This document shows, one piece after another, positions 36,808 through 48,700 of a stretch of 64,000 nt of DNA. Each line of letters starts with the position of its first letter. Position 1 is the stretch's first letter. Position numbers and translations under genes: made by a program. Source of the stretch: Desulfoplanes formicivorans. Lineage in GTDB: Bacteria > Desulfobacterota > Desulfovibrionia > Desulfovibrionales > Desulfomicrobiaceae. The notes beneath the pieces are model-generated. The model was given only the letters and a program-made list of their open reading frames with translations, made no database searches and was not told the origin of the DNA. The stretch lies in the NCBI RefSeq assembly GCF_001748225.1, contig NZ_BDFE01000015.1, positions 361,437 to 425,436 on the forward strand, read 5' to 3'.

Positions 36808-38256
36808 GTGAAGAACTGCTTATGGATTGCGTTCATTCTTCTTGCCGGATGTTCTTTGTCGCCTTCGTATCATCGTCCTGTACAGGATATTCCGGTTTCC
36901 TGGGAGAATCGGGCAGGAACACGGCTTGAAGAGCAGTGGTGGCAACGGTTCAATGATCCTGTGCTCAATGGCCTGGTGGAGAGGGCTCTGGAGCACAACC
37001 TTGACCTTGCCACATCCTTTGCCCGGTTGGAGCAGGCAGCGGCTGCCGTGGGCCTGAGCCGATCCGATCTTGCTCCTACCCCGTCTCTGGACGGCAGCGG
37101 CAGCCAGACCTGGACATCGACCCGCATTTATGGCGCTCCTCCCCCAGGATCTGAAGAATACAGCAACCATGATATCTATGTCGGAGCTGCCTGGGAACTC
37201 GATTTCTGGGGGAAATACCGTAATGCGCTCCAGAGCGGGCAGGCCGCTTTCCTGGCAACCGCGGCCGATGTTGAGGCCATACGCCTGCTCATAGCCGGTA
37301 CCACGGTCAAGGCATATTTTGCCCTGCTCAGTGCCGAGTTTCAGATCCGCATAGCAGAAAAGACCCTTGAACAGCGTCTGCAGGCTTTTGAATTCTATGA
37401 AGTGAATGAAAAATTTGGCTTTTACAGCAAAACGGATCTTCTGCGGGCCAAAAGCGAGGTAGAGGATGCCCGGTATACCCTGGCTGTGGCCCGCATGGAT
37501 GCCGATTCGGCACACAGTGCACTGCTCCTCCTGCTGGGACGTTCTCCTTCCGCGATTTTCTCCGACTCGGTAAACACGTCCACCTCTCTTGATCTCCTTC
37601 CTGTCGTGCCTGTCCTTCCGGACGGCCTGCCTTCCGAACTGCTGATGCGTCGTCCCGATCTCCGCTCTGCCGAGCAGCTTCTGCAGGCAGCTCATTTTGA
37701 TGTGGGGGTTGTTCGAGCCGATTATTTTCCTTCCATTTCCCTGACCGGTCAGTCGGGTCTGGCGGCCATGTATGCCGGTGATCTCACCCAAAGTGGCGCA
37801 GAAAGCTGGACCTACGGCCTGTCCATCCACCTTCCCCTTGATTTCTGGAGGACGAGGTTCCGTGAACAGATGGCCGAGGCCAAATGCCGTGAGGCTGCTG
37901 CAGACTATGACAAGGCCGTGCAGTCGGCGTTCAGAGATATTCGTGACGCATTGAACCGGCAGGCCCGGCTGGCCGAGGCATCAGATGCTCTGGAACGTCA
38001 GGTGAAAGATCTCAAGGAGGCGGTGATCAAGGCTGATGACCGCTATCGCAACGGCTATTCCAATTTTCTGGATGTCCTGGATGCCGACCGCTCCCATTTT
38101 GCGGCCCAGCTTGCCTGGGCGCGCACCCGCACTCAACAATTGAACGCCATGGTGGATGTCTGCCTGGCCCTTGGCGGTGGTTGGACCGGGGAGGCGGCAT
38201 CTTCTTCAACGCAATCCATGACAACGGGTGAACGTGCCAATGGGGGTTCGCAATGA
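36808..38256 (+). CDS. RND-efflux outer-membrane lipoprotein (NodT/OprM family)
   Basis: GTG at 36808 with GGGAG SD gives the lipoprotein signal MKNCLWIAFILLAGCSLSP. TolC-like tandem repeats follow. The stop overlaps the MFP start. Confidence 0.85.
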   Translation: MKNCLWIAFILLAGCSLSPSYHRPVQDIPVSWENRAGTRLEEQWWQRFNDPVLNGLVERALEHNLDLATSFARLEQAAAAVGLSRSDLAPTPSLDGSGSQTWTSTRIYGAPPPGSEEYSNHDIYVGAAWELDFWGKYRNALQSGQAAFLATAADVEAIRLLIAGTTVKAYFALLSAEFQIRIAEKTLEQRLQAFEFYEVNEKFGFYSKTDLLRAKSEVEDARYTLAVARMDADSAHSALLLLLGRSPSAIFSDSVNTSTSLDLLPVVPVLPDGLPSELLMRRPDLRSAEQLLQAAHFDVGVVRADYFPSISLTGQSGLAAMYAGDLTQSGAESWTYGLSIHLPLDFWRTRFREQMAEAKCREAAADYDKAVQSAFRDIRDALNRQARLAEASDALERQVKDLKEAVIKADDRYRNGYSNFLDVLDADRSHFAAQLAWARTRTQQLNAMVDVCLALGGGWTGEAASSSTQSMTTGERANGGSQ

Positions 38257-39440
38257 AGTTTTTTTCTGGATTACAATTGGTTGCAGTCATTCTTTTGGGA
38301 CTTCTTCTGACTTCATTGTGGAGTTGCCTGCCCGAGAATGAAAACAAGACGTCCAAGAAGGGGGCAATCCCCCCCGCTCCCATGGTGCTGGTGGACAAGG
38401 TGACGCCCGCTGACATTCCATTGCAGCGAACCTTCACGGGTCACGTGGAAGGAATACGCTCGGCAGAGGTTCGGGCCCAGGTTACTGGAATTCTTGAAAA
38501 ACGGTTGTATGACGAAGGCAAGAAGGTCAAGGCCGGGGATGTGCTTTTTGAGATTGATCCCTCTTCGTACCAGGCGGTGGTGGATCAGGCGGCTGCCAGG
38601 GTGGCAAGCATCAGGGCGCGGTTGGCCAGGGCCAAGCGGGATCTGGACCGGGCTCTGCCTTTGGCCGAAAGAAATTCCATCAGTCAGCGGGATCTGGATG
38701 CCGTGCAAACGGAATACGAGTCGTCCCGGGCGGGCCTTGCCGAGGCTGAAGCAGCCCTGCGGGCAGCACGCATCAATCTTGATTTGACCCGTGTCAAGGC
38801 TCCCATTGACGGATTCGCGAGCATGGCCCGCCACAATGTGGGCAGTCTCATCCAGGCTGGATCATCGCAGAGTCTGCTGACCACCATCCATGATGTGGAT
38901 ACCGTCCAGGTGGTCTTTCCGGTTTCAGATACGCAGGTGCGCCGTATTCAGGGGTATCTGGCCGATGGACGTGCTGTCATGAATACGCCCATCTCTGCCC
39001 ATCTTTTCATTGATGAGGAACATCCCTATCCTCATGCGGGCAATATGGTTTTCGGCAATCCGGTCATCAGCCGCGAAACCGGATGCATGATCGCCAAGGC
39101 GAGCTTTCCCAATCCTGAAAAAACGCTGCTGCCCGGGCAGGTGGTCCGGGTTACCCTGGATATTCTGACCTTCATCAATGCCCTTGCCGTTCCCGAGCAG
39201 GCCGTGCTGCAGGGACGTGACTCTGCCATGGTTATTGTCGTTGCCCCGGACGACACCACAAGGTTTAAGCCCATTGAAATCCTGGCACGGGTGGGCCGAT
39301 TGGTGCTGGTGGCGTCGGGACTCGAGGGAGATGAACGAATCATTGTGGAAGGGGTGAGAAAGGTGGGCCCCGGCATGAAGGTGAATCCCCGCATGGCCAA
39401 CCCTGCAGACCAGTCGGGAACAACCGGAACAAAGGTATAA
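38253..39440 (+). CDS. RND efflux periplasmic adaptor (membrane fusion protein)
   Basis: HlyD/AcrA-like: N-terminal TM/lipobox, coiled-coil hairpin and beta-barrel domains (VLFEIDPSSYQA..., INLDLTRVKAPIDG). Confidence 0.85.
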   Translation: MKFFSGLQLVAVILLGLLLTSLWSCLPENENKTSKKGAIPPAPMVLVDKVTPADIPLQRTFTGHVEGIRSAEVRAQVTGILEKRLYDEGKKVKAGDVLFEIDPSSYQAVVDQAAARVASIRARLARAKRDLDRALPLAERNSISQRDLDAVQTEYESSRAGLAEAEAALRAARINLDLTRVKAPIDGFASMARHNVGSLIQAGSSQSLLTTIHDVDTVQVVFPVSDTQVRRIQGYLADGRAVMNTPISAHLFIDEEHPYPHAGNMVFGNPVISRETGCMIAKASFPNPEKTLLPGQVVRVTLDILTFINALAVPEQAVLQGRDSAMVIVVAPDDTTRFKPIEILARVGRLVLVASGLEGDERIIVEGVRKVGPGMKVNPRMANPADQSGTTGTKV

Positions 39441-39444
39441 GGGT

Positions 39445-42400
39445 ATGGGAGAGTTCTTTTTTTTACGTCGTCCGGTACTGGCCATGGTAATCTCTCTGCT
39501 CATTGTCATCATGGGCTCCCTGGCCCTGCAGCGTCTGCCCGTGGCCCAGTATCCGGACCTGGTGCCTCCCACCGTATCTGTCACGGCCATCTATCCGGGT
39601 GCCAGTCCCGAGGTCATTTCCCAGACCGTGGCGGCTCCTCTGGAACAGGCGGTCAACGGTGCCAAGGATCTTTTGTATGTCCAGTCCACCTCCTCGGCCA
39701 GCGGGGTCATGTCCATGACAGTGACCTTTGCCCTGGGAACCGATCCCGAGGTGGCCAGCAATCGGGTCAGCAATCTGATCCAGACCGCCCAGGCAGGATT
39801 ACCTGAAGAGGTCCGCCGTCTGGGGGTCAGCGTGACCTCGGGTTCGGGATCTTTTTTGATGATTATCACCCTGTCCAGCCCTGATGGTCGTTATGACAGC
39901 CTGTTTTTGAACAATTATGCGGCGTTGAACGTGATCGATCGCCTCAAGCGCGTGCCCGGTGTGGCCTCGGCGGCGTCTCTCATTGCCGAGGAATATTCCA
40001 TGCGCATCTGGTTCGATCCGGCCAAGCTGGCCGCTTTCGGGTTGACCCCCCAGGATATTGCCAGGGCAATCCGCGAGCAGAATGCCCAGTATGCTGCCGG
40101 GACCATGGGCCTGCAACCAGCTCCGGATGATCTGAAAACAACCTGGCTGGTGAGTACGCAGGGACGCATGGCCACCCAGGAGGAATTCGGGGACATCATT
40201 GTCCGGGTGGATGAAACAAAGGGGATCATGCGGTTGCGGGACGTTGCGCGCATTGAACTTGGTGCCGCTGATTACGGGGTGCGCAGCAAGCTGAACGGCC
40301 AACCTGTTGCCGGAATCAGTATTACCCTCACCCCGGGAGCCAACGCCCTGCAGACCGCCCAGGACATCAGAGCCTCCATGGAGGAACTGAGTCGGGATTT
40401 TCCTCCTGGTGTGGAATACGCCATTCCCTACAATGTGACCACCTTTGTGCGTATTTCCATTGAGGAGGTGGTGCATACCCTCTTTGAGGCCATGATCCTT
40501 GTGGCCCTGGTCATCTTCATTTTTCTGCAGAATCTTCGCGCAACCCTCATCCCCTGCATTGCCGTGCCCGTGGCCATTGTGGGAACCTTTGCCGGCATGT
40601 ATGCATTGGGGTTCTCCATCAATACCCTGACCTTGTTCGGCATGGTGCTGGCCATAGGCATCGTGGTGGATGACGCCATCGTGGTCCTGGAAAATGTGGA
40701 GCGGATCATGCGTGACGAGCAATTGTCCCCCCGGGAGGCCACGTCCAAGGCCATGCGGGAGGTGACCGGGCCGGTCATCGCCATTGTCCTGGTCCTTTGT
40801 TCCGTATTTGTGCCGGTTTCCTTCATGGGAGGGATGACCGGAGAGATGTTCCGGCAATTCGGGATCACCATTGCCCTGTCAGTGACCATTTCCGGCATTG
40901 TGGCCCTGACCCTGACCCCGGTCATGTGTGCCTGGCTTCTCAGGCCGGGCCATGGACGCGAGAGATGGTTCACACGCATGTTCAACCGGATTTTTGACGG
41001 GCTGACCAGCGTTTATCTGGCAGGAGTTCGTCTTCTCCTGCGTTTTTCTCTGCTGGGAGTGGTGCTCCTGTGTCTTCTGGGCTGGGGCATGTGGGAACTG
41101 TTCCAAAGCGTACCCCAAGGCCTGGCGCCGGACGAGGACCAGGGCTACGTCATTGCCGTGGCCATGCTTCCTGAGGGAGCCACCATGCCCCGTACGGATG
41201 CAGCCCTGGATAGGCTGTCTTCGACCATGCTCAAGGATCCTTCGGTGGATGCCGTGCTGACCATCGCGGGTATGGATCTCCTTGGCGGACGGGGCACCGT
41301 GGGCAATGCGGGGGCTGCCTTTGTCATGCTCCGCCCCTGGGAAGAGCGGAGGACTCCGGATCAGTCCTCTTCGGCCATTGCAGGCAGGATTTTTGGCATC
41401 GGGGTGACCGACGGCATGCTCGCGGCCTTCAACCCTCCGCCCATCGTGGGGTTGAGCACCGTGGGCGGGCTGGAAGGATTTCTGCAAAATACCTCGGGGG
41501 CATCCATTGAGGAGATGGCGGCCCAGGCAGCGAAACTTTCTGCGGCCGCTGCTGCCAGGCCCGAGTTCAAGGGGGTGGGGAGCGGTCTGAATCTGGGAAC
41601 CCCCAAGGTCTTTCTCGCCCTTGACGTGGAAAAGGCCAAGCTCATGGATGTATCCGTGGCGGATGTTTACCAGACCCTGAGTGCCACGCTGGCCGGGACG
41701 TACATCAACGATTTTACCCTGTATGGCCGGGCCTTCAAGGTGTACATGCAGGCGGAATCCCGGTTTCGCACAAGTCCCGAGGATCTGGAGTCCATTTTCG
41801 TGCGCAGCCGCAGGGGCGCCATGATCCCCCTGGACAATCTGGTTTCCACCATGCCTACCAGCGGGGCCTTTGCCCTGGAACGCTTCAATGGTCTTCCGGC
41901 GGCCCGCATTTCGGGGCAGGCCGCTCCCGGATACAGTAATCTCCAGGCCATGAAGGCTCTGGAAGAGCTGGTGCGGACCGAGCTTCCCCCGGGATATTCC
42001 CTTGGCTGGAGCGGGTCTTCCTTTCAGGAAAAGGCCAGCGGCGGCACCAATTACCGGGCCCTTGTCTTGGGGTTGGGGCTGGTTTTTCTCATCCTGGCTG
42101 CCCAGTACGAGAGCTGGACCCTGCCTGCTGCAGTTATTCTGGCTGTCCCCTTTGCCCTTTTCGGGGCCCTGGTGACGATTTTTGCGGTGGGGTATGCCAA
42201 CGATATCTATGTGCAGGTGGCCATGGTCACCCTTATCGGTCTCGCGGCCAAGAATGCCATTCTTATTGTGGAGTTTGCGGCTGCTCAATGTGCGGCCGGG
42301 CGTTCTCCGGCCCAGGCGGCCCTGGAAGCGGCACAACTGCGATTTCGGCCCATTGTGATGACCTCTCTGGCCTTTATCCTGGGGTGTGTGCCCCTGGTCA

Positions 42401-42570
42401 TCTCATCGGGGGCCGGTTCGGGGAGCAGACATGTGCTGGGAAGCAGCGTTATCGGGGGGATGATAGCCGCCACGGTTATTTCGCCCCTGTTTGTGCCCTG
42501 GTTTTTCAAGGTTGTCATGAGCTGGAAACGATCGACTGCCACGGGGGCAGAACAGAAGAACACATCATAG
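39445..42570 (+). CDS. RND efflux permease (AcrB/HAE1 family)
   Basis: 1041 aa, 12 TM with two large periplasmic loops, typical AcrB N-terminus (FFLRRPVLAMVISLLIVIMG). Confidence 0.95.
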   Translation: MGEFFFLRRPVLAMVISLLIVIMGSLALQRLPVAQYPDLVPPTVSVTAIYPGASPEVISQTVAAPLEQAVNGAKDLLYVQSTSSASGVMSMTVTFALGTDPEVASNRVSNLIQTAQAGLPEEVRRLGVSVTSGSGSFLMIITLSSPDGRYDSLFLNNYAALNVIDRLKRVPGVASAASLIAEEYSMRIWFDPAKLAAFGLTPQDIARAIREQNAQYAAGTMGLQPAPDDLKTTWLVSTQGRMATQEEFGDIIVRVDETKGIMRLRDVARIELGAADYGVRSKLNGQPVAGISITLTPGANALQTAQDIRASMEELSRDFPPGVEYAIPYNVTTFVRISIEEVVHTLFEAMILVALVIFIFLQNLRATLIPCIAVPVAIVGTFAGMYALGFSINTLTLFGMVLAIGIVVDDAIVVLENVERIMRDEQLSPREATSKAMREVTGPVIAIVLVLCSVFVPVSFMGGMTGEMFRQFGITIALSVTISGIVALTLTPVMCAWLLRPGHGRERWFTRMFNRIFDGLTSVYLAGVRLLLRFSLLGVVLLCLLGWGMWELFQSVPQGLAPDEDQGYVIAVAMLPEGATMPRTDAALDRLSSTMLKDPSVDAVLTIAGMDLLGGRGTVGNAGAAFVMLRPWEERRTPDQSSSAIAGRIFGIGVTDGMLAAFNPPPIVGLSTVGGLEGFLQNTSGASIEEMAAQAAKLSAAAAARPEFKGVGSGLNLGTPKVFLALDVEKAKLMDVSVADVYQTLSATLAGTYINDFTLYGRAFKVYMQAESRFRTSPEDLESIFVRSRRGAMIPLDNLVSTMPTSGAFALERFNGLPAARISGQAAPGYSNLQAMKALEELVRTELPPGYSLGWSGSSFQEKASGGTNYRALVLGLGLVFLILAAQYESWTLPAAVILAVPFALFGALVTIFAVGYANDIYVQVAMVTLIGLAAKNAILIVEFAAAQCAAGRSPAQAALEAAQLRFRPIVMTSLAFILGCVPLVISSGAGSGSRHVLGSSVIGGMIAATVISPLFVPWFFKVVMSWKRSTATGAEQKNTS

Positions 42571-42767
42571 CGATCCCTCAAAGACCAATGGTCTGCAGGC
42601 GGAATGCATGAAAAGGAACCGAAATCGCATGAGGTGTGTAACCTGCACATATGCAGGTTACAAAAAAGTGGTCAGGAACGAAGCATGGTTCCTGCCGGGA
42701 CAAGGTACAGGCCGGTCCGGCTTTTCAGAATATCTGGACGTTTAGATGGATTCCCAAGAGGTTGTTC

Positions 42768-45700
42768 ATGACGAGATACGTTGCTGTTTTTTCCGGTATT
42801 GGAACCCAGTGGCCGGGGATGGGCCGCGAACTCATGGTTCAGGGGGGCGCATTTGCCGCAGGATTTCGTGAATTTGACCAGGCCTTTGCCCCCATGGCCG
42901 GCTGGTCTGTGGAACAGATGCTCTACACACAATCCGGTGACATCCGACCTGCCCATATGGGCCATCCCTGTGTACTGGCTGTGGAGTGCGGCCTGTTTCG
43001 TGCGTTGCAGGAGAGTGGTTTTGAGCCGGATATGATCATGGGGCACAGCGGGGGCGAAGTCACTGCGGCCTGGGCTGCAGGGGTGCTTTCGACAACCGAT
43101 GCGGCCAGGGTGGCTCTGGCGCACAGTCAGTTGCTGGTCCGGGTCAGCGGTCAAGGGCGGATGGCTTTTGTGGGACTGCCTGCTGACAATGTGGAGCGCA
43201 TGATTCAGCCGTATAACGATCGTGTGCAGATTGCGGCCATCAATGCCCCGTCGGGAACCGTGTGCAGTGGGGACCCGAAAGCGTTGCAGGCATTGGGGGA
43301 TGCCTGTCCTGCCCATGTCTTTTTCCGCATGCTTGCCGTGGATGTTCCCTTTCACAGTAAGGTCATTGAAGCACATCTAAAAGAGTTTGCCGAGTCTTTG
43401 GCCACGCTCACCCCGCAACCAGCCCGTATTCCCATCCTGTCCTCGCTGCACGGCAAAGTTGCCCGGCCCGGAGATTTTGATGCGGCCTATTGGTGTCGGC
43501 ACATTGGTGAACCGGTGCGTTTCGAGGCTGCCATGCGTTGTGCCCTGGATAGGGGCGCTGCCTGTTTTGTGGAAATCGCTCCCCATGCCGTGTTGCAGGA
43601 TTCCATGGCCGAGACCGCATCCGCCATGGGTCACAGGGTGGAAAGCACGGGAACCATGTGCCGGAATACGGACGCCAGCCAGACATTGCAGCAAGCCACG
43701 GACATCCTGAAGGGCTGGAAAGAGGCACCATCGGCATGTTCCGGTATCTCTGATGCCCATTTGGGACAGGCGGCAGACAAATCCCGGAGGCGGCGTCGCA
43801 GCGAGTTGAAAAAACTGATCCGCCAAGAGCTGAAACAGGTGCTGCCGGAGTGCGAGATGGGCGATGACGAGCCCTTCCGTACCCATGGTCTGACGTCATT
43901 GCTGGCAGTGCGTTTCTGTTCCGGCCTGGGCCAATCACTGGGACTTGCGCTGCCGGTTTCCACGGTGTTCAACCATCCCGACATCACCCGGTTGGCCGAT
44001 CATCTGTCATGTCTTGGTGATGACGTTGCAACCGGGTCCGGCGAGTCCGTCAGCTGTAAGCATCTGGAAGAACCGCTGGCCGTTGTGGGTGTGGGCTGCC
44101 GTCTGCCCGGCGGGATCAATTCCATGGATGAGTATTGGCGTTTCCTGGTTGACGGCAAGGATGCGGTTATTCCGGTGCCGCAGGATCGGTGGGATCGGGA
44201 GCGGTACTATGACCCGGATCGTAACGCTCCGGGCAAGATGTACACCTGTGAGGCCGCTTTTCTGACAGCTCCCAGTCCCCGTCTCCAGGATTTTGACGCA
44301 CATTTTTTCAATATATCCTCCCGTGAGGCGGCCCAGCTTGATCCGCAGCAGCGTCTGCTTCTTGAGGTAAGCTGGGAAGCTTTTGAGCACGCAGGTATCG
44401 ATCCCTTTGCCTGGCGCGGCAAGAATGTTGGCGTGTTTGTGGGTATGACCAACAACGAGTACAGCCACGCCCACCGTGAATCCTATGTGCGGGAACGCAT
44501 TGACGCCTATTCCCTCACCGGCACGACGCTGAGCGGAGCCTGTGGCAGAGTTTCCTATTATTACGGTTTTGAAGGACCCTGCTTTTCCGTTGATACGGCC
44601 TGTTCTTCGAGTATGGTTGCCCTGCATGCTGCCTGCCGGAGTCTGCGTCAGGGTGAATCCGACATGGCCCTGGTGGGGGGGGTGACCCTGATGCTCACGC
44701 CGGATCTGCACATTTGCTTCAGTAAACTCGGGGCTATCAGTCCGGACGGACGAAGCAAGGCCTTTGATGACAGCGCAGATGGTTATGGCCGGGGAGAGGG
44801 TGCCGTGGTCGTGCTTTTGAAGCGGTTGAGGGATGCCCAGAGGGACAAGGATCGTATTCTGGGACTGGTCCGGGGTACGGCCCTGAATCAGGATGGCAAG
44901 AGCAATGGTCTGACGTCCCCCAATGGTTTGTCACAGCAGAAGGTCATTGCCCAGGCGTTGCGTGATGCCGCCCTGCGGCCCGAAGATGTCAGCTATGTGG
45001 AGGCCCATGGTACGGGCACGGCTCTTGGCGATGCCATTGAGCTCGAGGCCCTTGCGGATGCCTATCGGCCCAGTCCGGGCACGCTGCTGCGCATAGGATC
45101 TGTCAAGGCCAATATCGGGCATCTGGAGCCGGTTTCCGCCCTTGCCTCCCTGGCCAAGCTCATGTTGTGCCTGGAGCATGGGGCTCTCCCGGCAAATATT
45201 CATATCAAGACTCCCAATACCCGCTTTGACTGGCAGGGACGGGGCGTGGAGGCACCGCGGACATTACAGCCCTGGGAGGGTGAACATCCGCGCCGTGCCG
45301 GGATGAGTTCTTTTGGTTTTTCCGGGGTCAATGGTCACGCCATTATCGAGGAATATGTGGAGCCTGCGGTTGAGGAATCCACACAGGAGCCATCGGCCTT
45401 TCTGCTCCTGCTTTCAGCCAAGACAGAGGAAGCCCTGCGGGATCTGGCCCAGGCAACCGCCCTTGAGGTACAGGATATGACGCCGCATCACCTGGCGGCC
45501 CTGTGCCGCAGTGCCGCGTGCCGGAGGCACCATTTTGCCTGGCGGGTGGCCGTTGTGGGCAGTACCCCCGGCGAGGTGGCGGAACAGTTGCGAACGGCCA
45601 TGCCTGTGCGGGCAGCAGCACAACCCGAGACAATGGGGTTGCTGTTTACCGGGCAGGGTTCGCAGTATCCGGACATGGGACGCTCCCTGTTTGCCATGTA

Positions 45701-48700
45701 TCCGGTCTTTCGCAAGGCACTGGAGGAATGTGACCTTCTTCTTCAAGCCCATGATTTTGATTTGCTGCAGGCGATCTATGGCGGCATGTCGGCAGAGGAG
45801 CTGGCTCGTACGGAGTATGCCCAGCCGGTTATAGCCTCGGTGTCGTATGCTCTCTGGCGTTTGTGGGAATCTTTTGGCCTGGGTTTTGATTATGTGGCCG
45901 GGCACAGCATTGGTGAATACCCGGCCGCTGTGGCCTCCGGGGTGATGCGCCTGGAAGACATGCTTGTTTTGGCACTTCATCGGGGACGGTGCATGGCCCA
46001 GGCTCCGTCAGGAGGTATGGCCGCGGTCTTTGCCTCCGAGGATGAGGTGGCCGGATTGCTGGCCGGGCACCCGCAGATCTGTATTGCAGCGATCAATGCT
46101 CCTGTAAGCCTGACGGTTTCCGGGCCCCAGGCCGCCCTGGCTGCCTTTCTCAAGGATCTGAAAGATCGCGGTGTGGCGTATCGGGAACTGCGTGTATCCC
46201 ATGCCTTTCATTCACCGGATATGGACAAAGCAGCCAAGGCCTTTGAAGGTCCGCTGCAGGAGGTGGAGCTGGCCCGGCCAACACGCATGGACATGATTTC
46301 CACGGTCAGCGGGCAGATGGCTTCCCTCGAACTGACACGTTGGACCTATTGGCGTGATCAGATTGTCGCGCCGGTTCGGTTTTTCAGCGCCGTGCAGACC
46401 ATGAGCGAGCAGTGTTCTCTGGCCGTTGAGGCCGGTCCATCCACGGCATTGTCCGGACTGGTCTGGCAATGTGGCCTCACGTTGCAGTGTTTCCCTACCT
46501 TAAGCCCCAAGCAGGACGGATTGAGGTCCCTGTTCGGGGCCATGGCCAGTCTGTATGGTGAGGGTGTGGTCCTGAACTGGGATGAAGTGTTTGCCTCGTT
46601 TCCTGACCAATATGTGCCCCTGCCCGGATATCCCTGGCAGCGTCAACAGCATTGGATGGATGTGCAGGTGGATCCGCCGTCGGGGTTTGTCCGGAGTGAC
46701 CACGTGCCGGGCCACCGTCTGGACAGCCCGGCGTTGGGGGATAGCGCTGTCTTTGTCATGGATTTTTCCGAGACCGGTCCCGGATTCGTGCAGGAACATG
46801 TCATTTTCGGCAAGGCCATCAGTCCTGCTGCCGGTCACATGGCCATGATCCTGGCCGCAGTGCGGGAATTGAGGGGCACGGAATGCTGTCAGCTGGGCAA
46901 CGTGGATTTTCTCAGCCCGCTGGTGGTGGAACCGGGGCAGACCCGGCACGTGCAGGTGATTATCGAGACCCCGCAGGCTTCCGAGAGCCGGTTTCGTCTT
47001 GTGAGCCGACAGGGGGAGGAAGACTGGCTGACCCATTGTACCGGCACGGTGATTTTCCAGCCGGGACCGGAATCCGTTCCCGTGCGCAAACCAGGGCAGT
47101 TGTTCGCGCATCGGGAAACCAAAACCGCCTTTTATGACCGTTTCCTGGGACAGGGATATGAAGTGGGGCCCGGTTTTCAGCGTATCGAAGATATTTCGGT
47201 CCGGGATGGCGAGTCCATGTGCCGGGTACAGGCCCGGCGTGGCGATCCCGGCGAGGCCGGGCATGTGATCTACCCCGGAGCTCTGGATGCCGTGCTGCAG
47301 ACCATCCTGCCGCCTTTTTTCCACGAACTGGCCGATACCATGATGACCGAGGAGGCCTTGCTCATCCCGCTGCATGTGGAACGGTTGAGCCTGTGGCGAC
47401 CGGTACCCGAGGCCTTGTGGTGCCATGCCCGGGCCAGACGGGGATCCGGAGATGCAACCCTGGAGGGCGGTACTCTTGCCATGGATGACAAGGGACAGGT
47501 GGTCATGGAGCTGTCCGGATTCGTGTTCCGCATGACCGATAGGGCCACCCTGTACCGCCAGATGCACAGTGATCCCCTGCAACAGGTTTATGTGCAGCAA
47601 TGGGATGACGCGCAGCTGCCAAAGGCCGGTTCCGGGCAGGTGTATGTGGCATCGCTGGGCCGAGCTGAAACAGGGGCTCGTCTGGCCGAGGTCCTTGGCG
47701 CCCATGTTCTGCCGACATCAGGCAGGGAATTGGCCCGGGCCCTGGCTGATGTGGATACTTCAGGCGGTCATCTGCTGCTGGTACATGGTCCTTGTTCCGA
47801 CGTGGATGATCTGGCCGCAGGGGAAATACGGGTCTGTCAGGATATGCTGGTTGCGTTGCAGCAGGCCGTATCCTTTGGATTGCGCGTGCATGTGATCACC
47901 AGCGGGGTGATGAAGGTGCTGGAAGACGATGAAGTGCAGCCATCCGGGGCAGGATTGTGGGGTGTTGGAGGCAGTTTCGCCCTGGAGCATCCGGATCTCT
48001 GGGGTGGTTGTGTGGACATGCCCGGTACGGCGTGGAGCGACGAGGACATGCAGCTCTGTGCCAGGCTGTGTCAGGCCGAATCAGTGCAGGATCACCGGGC
48101 TGTACGTCATGGTCGTGTATATGCCCAGTCATTGGTACACCTCAAGTCGGACCGTCAGGCAGATGCCGTCCCGTTGTCCGGAACGCATGTGATCAGTGGC
48201 GGATCCGGTTCCCTTGGGCTGCATCTGGCACGGTGGCTTGGGGACAAGGGCGCCGAGGCCGTGGCCCTGATGTCCCGTTCAGGAATCCGTTCGGAATCCG
48301 GGCGTCAGGCCCTGGAGGATCTGCGTCAAAAGGGGGTGCGTGTTTTTGATCTGCAGGTGGACGTGACCGATGTGCTGCAGGTTGAGGCGGCCTTGACCGG
48401 TTTGCGACAGGAGGCTCCCCCCCTGCGTGGAGTCTATCATGCGGCCGGTCTTCTGGATGACGGAGTGATCATGGAGATGACCCCAAAGCGTATGCACAAG
48501 GTCATGGAGCCCAAAATTACCGGAGCCGTTAATCTGCACCTGGCCACAAGGGATGATGAACTGCAGCATTTTGTTCTCTATTCCTCGGCCGGAACCCTGC
48601 TCGGAGCTCAGGGACAAAGCAACTATAATGCGGCCAATCTTTTTTTCAACGTGTTTGCCTGGTGGCGCCAGCAGCAGGGATTGGCGGGTAACAGTGTGTG

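Noticed and set aside
43377-47705. Multiple minus-strand ORFs (for example 46500..47705, 401 aa) inside the PKS gene
   Set aside because: They are antisense to the PKS CDS, whose KS/AT/DH/KR/ACP motifs are in order. No independent support.
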